Assembly: GCA_037379345.1 (NCBI GenBank)
Contig: CM074515.1
Span: forward strand, 36,957,743-37,021,742
Source: Perna viridis
Taxonomy: Eukaryota
Direction of reading: 5' to 3'
DNA: 64,000 nt
Shown: positions 23,239-37,095 of the stretch, piece by piece
Layout of the letters: every line of letters starts with the position of its first letter
How positions within the stretch are numbered: position 1 is the first letter of the stretch
Notes under the pieces: model-generated
What the model was told of the DNA's origin: nothing
The model's database searches: none
What the model saw: only the letters and a program-made list of their open reading frames with translations
Made by a program: the position numbers and the translations under genes

Positions 23239-26200
23239 CCCCAATAAATCATTAAAAATTGTTTAAAAAAATACTTTCACAAACAACTGATAAAATATAG
23301 CAATTTTCGAACTGATAATTTTTTCTACTGCAAACATCTGAAAAATAATTGCTTTCTTGTTATTTCATGTAATTTTAAAAGCATACAGATCCCAGAACAT
23401 CATTGTACCAAGTTGCTTCAGAACATAGTTCTTCAGAATATATTTAATTCAGACATGGCACTGAACTGTGATAATGCTATTACATGTATTACATCTTATA
23501 AAGACATTACCTTATAAACCATAGTGTAGTAAGAATTAGTCCAGATTGGCAACATTTAACACAACTCTTTAAATAGAAACAAAATGGCCAAAATAGATGA
23601 GTTAGGGGTTCACTGCCATCGGCAGTCAATGGAATTAGTTCAAGAATCTAGCTTTGACAGAACTTATCGGTGTGTACCAGTCTTGGTAGCCTACAGAATT
23701 CATGACAATCCACATACAGCAAATATTGGCAGGTCCAAGACTGCTGCCAAAATACTGCTAAATGTAGAAACTGTACCAGGTAACACTGGCTAACCATACA
23801 CCCTCAAGATGGCGTGGTTCAACAAGTGCAGTGAAAATGCAAACAAGGGAAAGAACCAGGTGTTCAAATAAAGGACGTCAAGTGTCAATTTCAGCTGTAA
23901 TTCATTGAACATTTTTTGTCTAATTAATAGCCTTATTAACTACAGTCTGTTTGAAAATTAATGATGTTCATGTACTGTTATCAAGACATATAGCTGTGTG
24001 GTGAGACAATGGAACACAAGGAGACAGAGACAGTCTATATCTGCATATATCTAAGTTCAAATAAAGGACAAGGAAACAGAGATGCAAACATTTCGGGGTG
24101 TACTTATTCTTCATTATTTTTTTAGAAATATTAATACAGTTACAGGGAAGACATTCCTTTAAATGATACTAAATTGCAGGAATTGTGTTGGCAAGAAGCT
24201 GTCAACTATTTTCTCTTTGTGATTGAAAAAAAATCCCTTTGAGATTTAAAAATTTTATATTGTTCCTTTGAATTTTTCATTAAATGATCTCAAGCTGAAA
24301 ATGGTAATTTCTCCAATTTTGAACTTCCCCCAAGTATTCAGTTAGTAATGGGTGGTTGTCTTTAAAAGTATTTACATGTAGCCTGTGCTTCTGTTGAAAG
24401 AGGCAACATAGTAACTGTTTTTATAAGAATAATAAATTCCTTTTGCTGAATTCTGATTTGCTACAAAATCACTCTCCAACATAGATCCAAAATGTAGGTG
24501 TATACAATGTATATACATGAAGTAAAGTAGCCAAAGTTCTAATAGTTTCATGTATTTCTTCTGATCTCCATGCTTTTATTTGATCAGTCCTTTTTAACTA
24601 CTCTTGATGAAAAATACAAGACTGATGTGATGACTGCACAAAGAAATACTTTTAATCTCTGATGGCAGGTGCATGTTATAATTCATTATACACAGAAAAA
24701 AAGTCAAGACTATCACTAAATTAAATTATCGTCAATTAACCAAGAAATATTAGAGGAAGAAAAAATACAGAGAAAATCGACTGTAAAGGAAACCTTAGTT
24801 CTTATCATCAGAGACTGACAGTTACCGTTGTGTAACAGCTAAAACCTATTAGTTTTAATTAGAAATGATGACATGGAGCCGAGAGATTACCTTACCATAA
24901 TACCAGTTTAGACTTTTTTTTAACCAAAGAAGTGAAAAGTGACAAGTACATATATTAAATTCAGTATTTTTTTGCAATTTTAATATGAAATACAGATTAT
25001 CCCTTAAGATGCCAAACTTCAAAAACAAAATTTTTTGTATTATTCAAGCAGGACTTTTTCTGTAGAGGGCAAACACCAAACAAAATTGACAGTTGCACTG
25101 GTGACTGGGAATCTGTTGAAATAAGTAAAGGTGCTAAATTTGATCTCAGCAAATTTCCCCACATTTGTTATTATGGAGCTCAGTAATAAGATGCATTGTT
25201 TTTGCAAACCTTATCAAATATTACACATGAATTACATTGACTAATATCAAGAAGTTATCAGATATTTAAGTTTCAACATGTCTTTCAAAAATAATTGGGA
25301 AAAGGTTCTGCAACAGTCTTTGAAATTTGGACCAGCCTACCGGCCAATGCTGGTAAAAGCAGCCGTCTTGCTGAAATTTTGCTTCCAAGCCAATGTATCC
25401 TACATAAAATTATTTTCAGATTCAGGGCAGGAGTTTATTTTCGGAAATTTAGACAACAAAGACTGTCATAATATTATGCACTATTTCACGTTGCAAGGTC
25501 TCACATGTCATGGAAAAGACACAAAGAAAAATGAACTTCCTCCTTAATAGACAATCTCAAGTGTGTAATGATGGTTTACTTCCTTTATGACAAAACTGGA
25601 AAGATGATAAAAATGTATTTAATATTTACCTGATTGGCTTAGTTAGGAGGAAAATCTCAATAACAAATAATTAAATAATAAATAATAACCCAAATTTGAA
25701 AATAATGGCTAGTTGTAGTACTTAACTTTGGAAGGAAATGAAAACAGTGGGCTATTTTAATATGACCTACTTATTACCAATCATGCATAAGTATTCAACA
25801 CATGAGTTACCAATGTTAGAAGACAGTCAGTCATGCAATCTTTGACCTCAAGCATTAGTGGAAGTAATGTCTGAAATTCTAAGGAAAACCTTCTGCAGCA
25901 GACAATTCAATTATTGATTTTTCAAAGTATTTGTCTCAGAAGATTATGCAATTGTCACTTTGTCAGTCAGATAAACAGGATCTTCTTAATAGCAATTTCA
26001 TATTTAGGCATTGGTAGGAGCTTCTAACAAATTCACAGAAAGTGGTAAAGCCATAAATGTCAGCCTCTGTCAAGAAATCTCAGTTACTAAACCTCACTTT
26101 TTTTCAAACTGTGCTTATGATGAAAGTTGCATACTATGCTTAATTTTATATCCCATTTTTTAAAACAAAAATCTCTAATTGGTACGATTTTTCAGATGTC

Positions 26201-26789
26201 CACAATTCTCAGGATTACAAAAGGGTATGATTTAAGATGGAATCATATACTTCGTGGATAATCTTGATGCATGTGAGGACTAAAAACACATGACATGTGA
26301 GCAATTTGATGCACACCATTTTATATCAGTAGCACTGAAATACCTACATGTACATTCATATCAGGCCTATAAATCCAGGTGACACAAGATGCTTGCAAGT
26401 GAAATTTAAGGCATTCCTAACTTATGCAACTTAAAAAAAATCCAAAGAGCCTCCAAAGTAATCAATTCGAAATGATTCCTCATTACAATTCAGCTTGAAA
26501 TATCCTAAAGATTTAAAAACCTATATCCTTCTACAATTTTGAAACCAATAATTTGATATCATTATGAAATTGGTAGAAAAAGGAAAGGAGATGAAATACT
26601 GAACACTTCTAAATTTTTACTGGTCAACACATGTAACGTTGATTGTTATTATGGCATTGAAAGAACCGAGACACAACAAAACAATTCGCTAACAGTGAGC
26701 AAGCTTTTTAAAGAAATCTTCAACTTCATGGTCTCACTCATTTCTGAGAAATTTTGCATGCATTATATCTTAATATGATTAATACTTAC

Positions 26790-27218
26790 TACTACTTTTT
26801 TGAAAGTCTATATCAAGTTTAAATCCACTCCTTGCATTCTTTACCCACAGGAAAATAATTTTCACAAAGTTTGACTTATAATGAAAGACTTGGGGTATTT
26901 TGTAATTTAAATTACAAATGGTTCGGGTTCGAATTTCTCTTCCTTTCAACGTTCTTTCTTTGATAATCAACTCCGGAGGAAGACAGTTGTGGTCCAGCGA
27001 GGCTGAATCAGGTCCCGTAAACTCCTCCTCTGACGGAGTAAAAGACGTCGAACTTTGAAGAGTTCTAAATCCAATGAGATCTGTGAAATTGAGTTGAATA
27101 ATATAGCTGTTTGGGGCTTTTATCACATATTCACACTTCCGCTCATACCCTTGGCGTTGATAATCAGATGACAGGGCGTGAATTTGATCTTTCTTTGAAT
27201 ATGTAAAACTACAAACTG
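26790..27218 (-). CDS. Coding exon encoding a complete, divergent CUB domain
   Basis: Acceptor TTTTTTTCTTTTGTAG|CAG and donor A|GTAAGT give a 429-nt symmetric phase 1-1 exon, typical of CUB modules. Translation VCSFTYSKKDQIHALSSDYQRQGYERKCEYVIKAPNSYIIQLNFTDL...HNCLPPELIIKE...RTICNLNYKIPQVFHYKSNFVKIIFLWVKNARSGFKLDIDFQKSS shows the four CUB cysteines, the C-x-Y-x-I-x-AP...I-x-L-x-F motif and the terminal GF-x-L-x-x-x-F strand. Confidence 0.9.
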
Positions 27219-28538
27219 CTACAAAAGAAAAAAATGGAACATTTACTAAACTAGTGATCCTGAAATAGATGTAAAATATCGAACAGCTGCAAATAAGAAT
27301 TTTCTGTTACCTTACAATTAAACAACCACAAATACAGTCAGTTGTCTATGTAAACTTTGCTGTTACTGTACAGAGATGGCTGTAAGGTTGTACCTACTTG
27401 TAATGTAACCATAAAACTTAAACTATCATGGATCCTTTATGTATTCAAGCCAATACACAATTCCGAACCCTCCTCTCATAATAAATAATCTCTACATGTA
27501 ATGGAGTGATGTTAATCAAGGAGCAGCATAGTCTGTGCCAGGATGTTACAAGCTATAATTTTAGTGTTTCTAAACAGAAAAAAAAGTCATCTGATTAATC
27601 CTGCAAGTCCTTGTCATTGAGTAAATTATTTTAATAAGGTACAGGCTAAGAATCCCATGTTTGAAAATGGTTATTCAGCCCATTCCATATAAGGAAAGAT
27701 GACAAAGAATCTATTTATAGCTGATACTTTCAGACAGGAATCATTAAATTTTAGGCTTGTTAACAATCGTCATGAATGTGTTCAAGAAAATGTTACATTG
27801 AGGAATAATGTGTAAGTGAGAAGACAAAACAATTGTCAGGAGATTGCATAATACCCACACAAATACACACACTAGACAAAATAAAACTTGACAGTCTACG
27901 ATTTATATCTGATTTCCATATTACAGACTAATACATACGGACAAGTGCGCGAACAGCTACTTGCACTCATCGACCCTTTCACATAGCACTTATTTACCCT
28001 CATTGATTGAAATCTAAACTGCACAGTAAATTGTTCACAGTTTAAAAATCATTGTGTTAGAACAGATTAAGAAAAAATTTTCCAAACTTAAAAAAAATGA
28101 AGGTTGGTATCAAACAATTTAGCAGCCTGTCTCAATATAACACCTCAACCAATTTGTGCCAAAACTTCTTCAAATAGTATCCTAAATCAACAATTTCTTA
28201 CATTAAGCAAACATAAGCCAAGTCAATCTTTCAAGTCTTCCATACTGGATAAGTAACTCCGTTTAAGGAATGTTCCCAGAACCCAGAAAAATATATACTT
28301 TTAAGCCACCATACTTCAAGATTTAATATTCTGTCCCATGGAAACAATTGAGTCATAAGTAAACTCTGTGAGGAAGCATAGAGTAATTAAGTCTGGATAA
28401 AATGTCATGATAAAAGAATAGTTTGGTTTTTCCATATTTGTTGGTAGAAAATATGCCACAGCTGTATTTAGACAAAACATTGCAATCTGATATTCTATTG
28501 CGTAAAACACATTTCTGATGTACAGGCGGTTTTATCAG

Positions 28539-28900
28539 CACTTCAGAAAGCATGACTCATAACATTACTACTTGGATCTTCCCAAGTCCCACAGAACTTG
28601 AGATAGTCCTTAGATAAAAAAAAATAGTACTACAACTACATGTATGTCCCTATCGATAGAACAAAAATTTGTGATCTAGGTTGCTTTGGAACTTCAGAAA
28701 GAATGACTCATAACTCCTCAATTACGCCATGAGACACAGAACTTTAGATGGTCCATAGATAGTACTACATGTATGTGTTTCCACAGATTGAACATTATTT
28801 TAGTTTGTGATCTAGCTTGTTTTAGAACATAAGAAGGAATGACTCATAGCTACATGTATATTGTCCTTCATAATAAAAATTAATCAGAGCTTAAGAAGGT
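28539..28900. repeat. Degenerate tandem repeat, ~140-150 bp unit, ~2.4 copies
   Basis: Recurring ACTTCAGAAAG.ATGACTCATAAC ... CACAGAACTT.AGAT.GTCC.TAGATA ... TTTGTGATCTAG at ~28540, ~28692 and ~28827. Confidence 0.75.
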
Positions 28901-29636
28901 CAAAAGAATGTGACAGTCAATAATCCTGACTGTAGAATAACTTGCAAAACCTTAGAATGACTGACAACTTACTGTCAGAATCCTAACTGCATTACATGTA
29001 TATAACCTTAAGACCACTAATGAGTGTTTGGTGATCTACACAGGAAAACTAATAGGTGCTAATAAATAAAAATTATCAAGGAAACGTGTAGACAAGTCTA
29101 AGAACAACACAGCAATAAATGTTCATTGAACTACCCCAAATCTTTTTCTGATGCAGTCAGTATAGTTTTGCATTTTACCCTTTGACCTTAAAGACGCTCT
29201 TCCATGAAAACGCAAGTCACCTGATTGCAATTCTGTTTTCCTATTGGACAAACACAGATAACTTAGTGGCCTTGAAAAAACTGTATTGAATATTGAAATG
29301 ATGTGCCATGTTTTATTTTCTTGAAGAATGAGTAAAAATAACAAAATTTTACTGCGTCTGTCGTCTTTTTTTTTTTTAAAGATAGTATATGTGCTCAATT
29401 CTCAATCAGTTTCATTAGTAAAATTAACTCGAGAGGTTACAATGGTCCATAAAACAACAGTACTTCATGTAGATTTCCACAGTAGTTATCTAACCTAAGA
29501 AATCACCACATTACCTTTAGAATCCTAAAAATCTTTTATAACTTTGAACCTAGACAAGGCACTATGTGCATGTTTCCTTGGAAGAGTAATGAGTTTTTGG
29601 TAATCTAGGTTAAAAACTGAATCCAAGAAATACATA

Positions 29637-30419
29637 CTGTGTTTTCATTTTTATTTGTTGGATACTTATTTTTTGTGGTTTTCATGGGTTGAGTTGAACG
29701 ACAAATTAAGATTCCAATGAACAATAATTCCTGTGAATGAATGTTTAAACTCTGTATCAGTCAAGTGAAACAGGGATGAAGCCATAGCCAGTGGTCAACA
29801 TCCTTAAATGTTCAATTTAACGGAATATCAATTGTTTTATAGCCATATATGGCCTTGGGACTACCTGCATTATGTAATGTCAGATAACCAAAATTAAATT
29901 CTAAGAGTGATGTTCAGTATTCTCAGCTTTCCACTGATGGTGGTTGTCATAAAAGTGATGTTTGGTAAACTCAGGATTTTACCACTTCCCATTTTTCATA
30001 CAACTAGCATTGGTGCCTAAAGTTTTCATTCGCAAGAATTTAGAATTACCGGAACTTTAACTAATTATCTGGAAAATGAAAACAGGAGTCTTGCTTCCCT
30101 GAAGGATGTTTCATAAATATTTCATTTGTAATCAAAATTACTTATGTATCAAGGCACTAATGCATTTCAATACCAGTGTGAGAAAACATGTGGTCCCCTA
30201 AAACAACATTCAATAGTTTGAATGCTTTTAAGTCTTACAAACTGTTCGTTTAAAAATTTCAGATAACGGGACAATTTGCCAAAAATTCATAGATATATGT
30301 TTATTTTTCTGTTTTTGTTTTTAAATTATTTGATCCACAAACTATAATTTCGAGTATCCAGTGAACTGTTGTTTTTCCTCTTACCAGGAAAATCGACACA
30401 AATGAAAATGAAACCACAA
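29637..30419. mobile_element. Old TA-flanked TIR element (MITE-like), possibly carrying an internal insertion
   Basis: TA|CTGTGTTTTCATTTTTATTTG ... CAAATGAAAATGAAACCACAA|TA (18/21 inverted match). Confidence 0.55.
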
Positions 30420-30773
30420 TAGATCAAGAATAGTAGAGCAGTGAGTGTTAATTGTAACATACCCCTAATCTTGTTTTAATAAATTTCCAAATATGAGACC
30501 AATGCATAGGACATCTTATTTTCATTTCTTTCAAAACTTGCTTTAACTTGAATATAGACAAGGCAAGTAAGATAGTTATCATTCTACTTTTATGGAGCTG
30601 GTTCCATCATGATATTTTAGCCTTGACAATTGGAAAACCTATACAACTGAAAATAAACTAGTCCGGTTCAAAAAGTTGAAAAACAGGAAGTATTGCATAA
30701 TGCTAATCAAATCCACAGAAGCCCTAAAAACATCCATATCAATTCTAGAATAATACAGCCTTTCTTAAGAATA

Positions 30774-30918
30774 TCTTGAATATCTCCTCTAAAATTATGT
30801 AACTAAAAAAGTTAAAATTTCATGGTATCATTTTGACGTATCTTTAAAATTCTTGAATATCTCATCTAAAGTTATATAACTAAAAAAAAATTTAAGTATT
30901 ATATCAATTCAGACGTAA
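30774..30918. repeat. Local tandem duplication, ~77-bp unit x2
   Basis: TCTTGAATATCTC.TCTAAA.TTAT.TAACTAAAAAA ... GACGTA at 30774 and 30851. Confidence 0.75.
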
Positions 30919-31745
30919 AATTGGTAAAATAAAACTTCTCATTATTGAAGCTTGTCTGTGAACCCTGATCCAAGATATGTACCGGGTTTCCTTACTACTT
31001 ATGGATCATCCATTTGATTTTTCAAAGGTGAGCTAAGATGCATATATTTAGAGAAAATAGAGTTCTTGTCTTTTTACCCAAGTAGCACAAAGCACCAAAG
31101 CATAAATATTTTTTTTTAGGAAAATGAGAGATTTTTGCCATTCCATTTTTGCTAGTGACATGTTCTGCCTTTATATTTCAAGAAAGTTTTGATCTTGCTT
31201 TTACCCAAACCTCCTTAAATATCAAATGGTAGTTCCTTTATAAATTTCTTTTTGGCATCTGCTTCTTTTGTTCTTCAATAGTTTAGGAAAAGTTTGAACT
31301 ACCAGTCTAATTTGTAATAATGTATTATATGTACTTAACAGTAATGGATGTATTCAAAAACAATTTTAAAAAATACTCATTAATTGTAGTTTACCTGAAT
31401 CACTAACAATGGAAAAAAATCAAAGTGCTGTTAACACTGGAGGTTTTTGATTTTGTGAAAATGTTGTATGAACAAAACTTCAAGGATTACATGATGTAAA
31501 ATAAAAATATAGTCATATATTTGCATTTTACATATTATTAAGAACTGTTTTTTTTTCCTTGTATGAATGAACTGAATGTCATTCCATACTACTGATCCAA
31601 CCTTGCACACATTTACAAATTTTGTTCCATTTCACCTTAATCCCTAATTTTTAAACCTGTCCAAAAGTTAATGTGCATCTACATTCCAAAACTATATTAA
31701 TGAGTATTTATCTTACACTGTAATTACATGTATACTAAAAAAAAC

Positions 31746-32190
31746 AATTTCAGCTTATGACCATAATTTCTTTGACCAACAGAAGATTTTCTAAACTAGA
31801 CACTTTTATCAATTTGAATTTTCCCAACAATTTTACTTTTTTAAAATCACAATGATAGCTAAGATGAAGATTTTGACTGATAAGTGTGTTAAATGGAACA
31901 TTCTTGACACATTTTACACTTTTTGACAAAATACTGCAAGAACTAAATGAAAATTTATAAACCCAATATCAGCTTAAGAAATTAATTTCCTTGATGAACA
32001 GATTTTTAAAAACAAGAAACTTTATCAATTTGAATTTTCCCACCAATTTTACTTGATTAAAATCACTGCTCTTCACTTCCTGTTTATTAATGGTAAATAG
32101 GATGGAGAATTTGACTGGTAAGTGTGTTAAATGGAACATTCTTGACACATTACAGCAAGAATTGAATTCCCTAAATGTAAATTTATGACT
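31746..32190. repeat. Local tandem duplication, ~220-bp unit x2
   Basis: Shared blocks TTTATCAATTTGAATTTTCCCA.CAATTTTACTT and TAAGTGTGTTAAATGGAACATTCTTGACACATT each occur twice. Confidence 0.85.
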
Positions 32191-35100
32191 AAATATCTTT
32201 CAAGGCCAAAAAGGAGTTCCTCAAATCTTCAGTTGATATGAAGACTAGATCCTAATTTTATTTGCAGAAATAATAGAACATTATTGAGCTGAATAAATGC
32301 AGGAAACATATTTACTTGTTTTAAAAGAGGTGTTGAATGCTATAAAAGGAATTACACTTGGACTATATTTTTGTGTAGTGTTCAGAAATAGTGAGGTTAC
32401 AGTGATGGACCAGCGACATAAGGTATTTTGATGCTGAAGGATCAAAAACCCCAAAAGTTAACCTCAACTAAAAACATGCAACTTATAGTCCACAGTACTA
32501 TTCTCTTGATGATACCTTTGATAAATGCAATCAAATCAGTAATCTATACCCCTTCATAAATTCCATCATTCAAATTTTACTCATCTGTAAAGTTCTTTTC
32601 AAGATACATGCAGTCATGTAAATTCTAATTGCTCAGCCCAGATGAATAAACTGAACATGAGATGTATACAACCAACCCTTGCAGACTTGCCTCAGACATT
32701 GGCAGTTTTTCATTTTACCACAATCATATACATTAAGTGCATAATATGAAGATTAGTGAAGTTTTTGCCCTGCTGTTTATCTGATAGAAAACAATAACAT
32801 CACACTTCAAAATGAACAGTAAACCAGCTTAATTCCCAGACAAGATGTCGGCAAAAAAAATCAAATCTATAGGGTATTAAAACAAAAATAAGCTATTAAC
32901 ACAACATCAGTAAATCTCATATTTTCATCCATTGCATTTTCTCTAATCATCAATGGAAAAGAGTAAAAATACCATCACGTCAATAATTTCTTTCCAACAT
33001 GGTAAGGATAGGAGACTCCAAGGACTTGGTTTGGCGACAGTTATCAACAAAATATAATACCCTGTTGGCATCTTACTGTCAACATACTTGAGTATTATGA
33101 TGGCTTATCTTTAAAAGCCTGGAATGAGGAAGCAACATAACTAGCAATTTCAGCAGATTGCAGACACTGTATGTCATGGTCTATAGATCAGGTTGCTTGG
33201 ATGGGTTCATGACCAATATTAAAATATATTACCACAGCATATAGCTCCTGATACACTGACTTGTCTCCAGGTTAGTCTGAGTACTAGTCCATAAAACTTG
33301 GCTCAAGTGTTTGTGTGAAAAATATGGCTGAAATAACTGCCCAATCCTAGATTTTTATGGCCACTTACTTGTTGTTTTGGCAGGAGGCCCTTACAAGTAC
33401 TATTGGTACACACAGAACGTTTAGTGCATTAGGTGAGTATTTTGAAAACACTGCTGTACAGAAAAATAAATTCCTAAACCTTAAAGGAATTAGGTAAAGA
33501 GGAAAGTTTTTCTGTACTGACACCAAGAACATAACAATATTTAACATTTATTTATATATGGATCAATTTTTTTGCTCAATTAGTGTCATATAAAAATATT
33601 TCCCATTTTTGAGAAATGGATATTCCTACACTTGTCATGTGATATTTCCTGTGTTCTTTGTTAAAAAGACAGGGAGGCAAGCAGTGGGCTCTGCTTTTGG
33701 GTAAAAATTAACAAGTACTATTTAAAAAAAGAAAGAAAAAAAAGATAGCCGACACTTCTTTTTATTTATAATTTTCTACATTTCATTCAAGAAAACATTT
33801 CAGTTTTCGATACAATTTTTATCAGCATTTGGTCAATCAGAAAAAGGAATAGCGACCAGGTGATGCATTGTCATAGAAGAGCAACTTTAAGGTCAAAGGT
33901 AAAAAGCAAAACTATCACGACTGCATCAGGAAAAGAGAGAAAAAAGGAACACAAAATCTATGACACCCCTTGAGTACAATTTCAATGTTCCCAAATTAAG
34001 TACAGCCTTGATAAAGATTTCTAGATATCTTGTTGTTGGGTGTCTGAGATTTCTGTCTTAGGCTGTCAGCAGTGTAAAATTCTTCATATCTTCCTGCTCA
34101 AATCCATGGAATTAAGCTAAATCTTTATTCGTTCCCTTCTTCTACCTTTCTCTAATCTTACACTTCCTTACAGCTAGTATTACTCACGTAATTCTTCAAC
34201 TTGATATGTCCACCCTTAAGTTTTGAAAAAACAACATATCACTGAATTGTCGATTTTTGATTATCAAGTAATATACATGTACATGATTCATGCCTTTCCT
34301 GTGAAAAGTTATCAGAATGCATTGTTGCAATATTTCTGAGCTTGACCCTGCTCTAAAACTATTTTAGTTCATAAGAAGAGACAAAACAAACATTTCTGAT
34401 ACATGCTTATGACTAAAACTGAAATAAATTTGGCAAATGTAAATGATTAACTGCATTGGTACAACAAGTATGTGAGAACTGTATTGTCATGCTGAACATT
34501 TGTAAACAACAGCTCCAACATGCAAAGGTAAATTTGATCTAAACTTGTTTAAATATTTGTCTACTACCTTTTTTTCAATTTCAACCTACATATGTAGTTC
34601 TTAACAACCCAAGTATGATAAAGCATATCTTAGAATTATAATTCACCTTCCATGCAACAACTTGGCAATGTCTCTTTCTTTCAGACGCACCATATCCATA
34701 GATCCCCAACCTTGGGGATAATTATTTATGGGTGAATCTTTAAGGGGGTTGTTTTGTACTTCAGTAAAATTAAGGTGGGCGGTATGTTTTTCTTTTTTCA
34801 TTCCAAAAATCATTGTGTAATTTACCAAGTCTGCTTGAACATAGATAAGGTTTAAAACTACCAGCAAGTTATCATCAGTTATCCGTAAGTCAGGGGTTCA
34901 AATTTACTTTGAAGAGTTGAAGGTCTTGGACTCATCAAGTTCCAAATCAATGGTCCATTTGAAGAAAACAAAAAAATAAGTCCAGAGTTAATAGCCAGTG
35001 AAAAGAGTTAAAGGTCCAGGACCTAAGTAAATGAAATATATGAGGTCCTGATCTCAAATTCACAAAAAGTCAAGAGTAAAGTTGATTGTAAGTAATGATG

Positions 35101-36317
35101 TCACAATCTAAAATAGCATTGTGACGTCATAATTTACGATTAATTTCACACTTACGACTTCATTTGAAATCAATGCCTGGTTCAGAAATTAAGGGTCCCA
35201 GATCTCAGACTAATTTAAACCCTTGTATTAATCAATTATGAAATAACTGCAGTACAGTGCAACTGGGTTTTATAGTTCCTGGGTGGTTCAATGCCAATAA
35301 GCCTTAGTAGCACGTTTTTTTTTCTGTTTTAAATCAAAAGTGTGTCTTTCATTTTGACACTCAGTATATGTTCCAATAACAATAATAATTTTTAAGACAT
35401 AAAGTATCAATCAAGCTTATCATTTAATTCTAGACATTTTTTCACATCCATGGCCATTTTGGCTCAAGCACTGATTAAGTCTTAATTGTTTCCCCAAAGT
35501 TTTTGAAAAAATAAAATAGTTTTCCTAACTACCTACCCTATTTTTTTTCTTACATGAAACAAGACCATTATTTTTGGGGGATCTAACTTCAAATTTAACC
35601 CTAGCCCCTGTTTCAGAGCTCACTATGTACTATGAAATAGATGAAAAATAATAAGGGGGTGGGTATATGAAAATAGCTCAAAACAACTAAACTTTCTTCT
35701 TCACAAGACTCGGCTAGTAGCCATGTAGCCATCAAACTTGGCTCAAGATTTCCAATACTATTTTGTGTGCTTGAAGCACACTAAAATTTAGAAGGGCCAC
35801 CATTTTCATTGGTTGATACATAAGTAGGAAATTAGCACAAATCATAATCATTCAGCTGACTACTGTCCTTGTCATAAATGAAGTTTTTCTTCTGAGGGCA
35901 AAATGAGGCCATCTTGTCATAAAAATCTAACCTACATCTGCTTTTGTTTATCAGGAAATATATCTGTCAACAAACATGCATGTAAATTGTATACAAGCAC
36001 CTGGCAGATGTTCCCATTATAGTACAGAAAGAGCAGACAATAAATAAACAAAACTTTGATACTTGGTGGGACACTTCTGTTACAACTTTTTATTATATAA
36101 TGCAGATGAATATTTTCAGCACTAAAATCATTATTTATTCTCAATTGTCACTGACACCTACAGTACATGAATGACCATGAATACATTGACATCATATTTA
36201 TTTTACCATTCCTATGCTATTGACAGTACACACATGTGCATGAGAATCAATATTCTACACCACCAATGCATGTGGTAGATTCAACTATTTTCCTTGCACT
36301 CACCCAAAAACTGCAAT

Positions 36318-37095
36318 AAACAAAAGGCACCAAGGAGCCTGAAAAGCTCACCTGGTTAAACTTTTGCCTTTCAAGGGCAATAACTCTTAAAAAGAAGTTG
36401 TCTAACAATTTTGACCCAAAAAGACTTGGGTAGTTCTTATCATAAGGATCCTTTTATCAATTGAAAGTGTCTTTCTGTCAACTATAGTTTTCAAAATACT
36501 GGCTGAAAACTGCTAAAAACATCATTTTTTGCCCATTAATAACTCTAACAAGGAGTTGTCTGACAACTATGATCCAATGAAGACTATATGTAGGCCTTAC
36601 CATAAAGATCATTTCAGCAATCGAAAGTTTCTTTCTATCTATCTTAGTTTTCAAGCTATTGACTGATAATTGCAAAAAAAATACATCATTTTTCACCTTT
36701 CAAGGGGAATAACTCTTAACAAGGCGTCCTCCAACAACTTTGACCCTGCAGACTTTTCTAAGCTTTATAATAAGGATCCTTTTGGCAACTGAAAAAAATT
36801 TGCTGAACCTAACAGTTTTGGAGATATACAAGAAAAACTTCAGACTGACCCCTTTGTTCTATTGTAAATAACTGTGGCCATATTTTTTTTGACGGATCAA
36901 AATCTCCACATCAGATCTATACAAAATACCCGAATAAGTATTAATACAAAATTTGGTTCTAATTGGTCTGGTAGTTTCAGAGCAGAAGATATTTGAAAGA
37001 ATTAACATTAAATATAGAGATTAAAACACCAAAAAAAGGCAACAACTCCAACATGGCTAAATATACTAAAAAGAAATAGATCTCACCATGCTCAT
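36318..37095 (+). mobile_element. 3'-truncated, diverged HINE-like element, same family as 39869-41088
   Basis: 5' end AAACAAAAGGCACCAAGGAGCCTGAAAAGCTCACCTGG; ~165-bp CAAGGGCAATAACTCT repeats followed by one copy of the ~330-bp unit; no 3' hairpin. Confidence 0.75.

Noticed and set aside
246-26789. An LDLa exon between the CUB and TM exons
   Set aside because: A by-eye scan for CDG and SDE codon patterns with flanking cysteines found none; a small or divergent exon could still have been missed.
34643-34830. Possible upstream exon (CAG acceptor, AG|GTGAAT donor, contains HLNFTEV)
   Set aside because: Ends in phase 2, which is incompatible with the phase-1 CUB exon; no recognisable domain; weak polypyrimidine tract.
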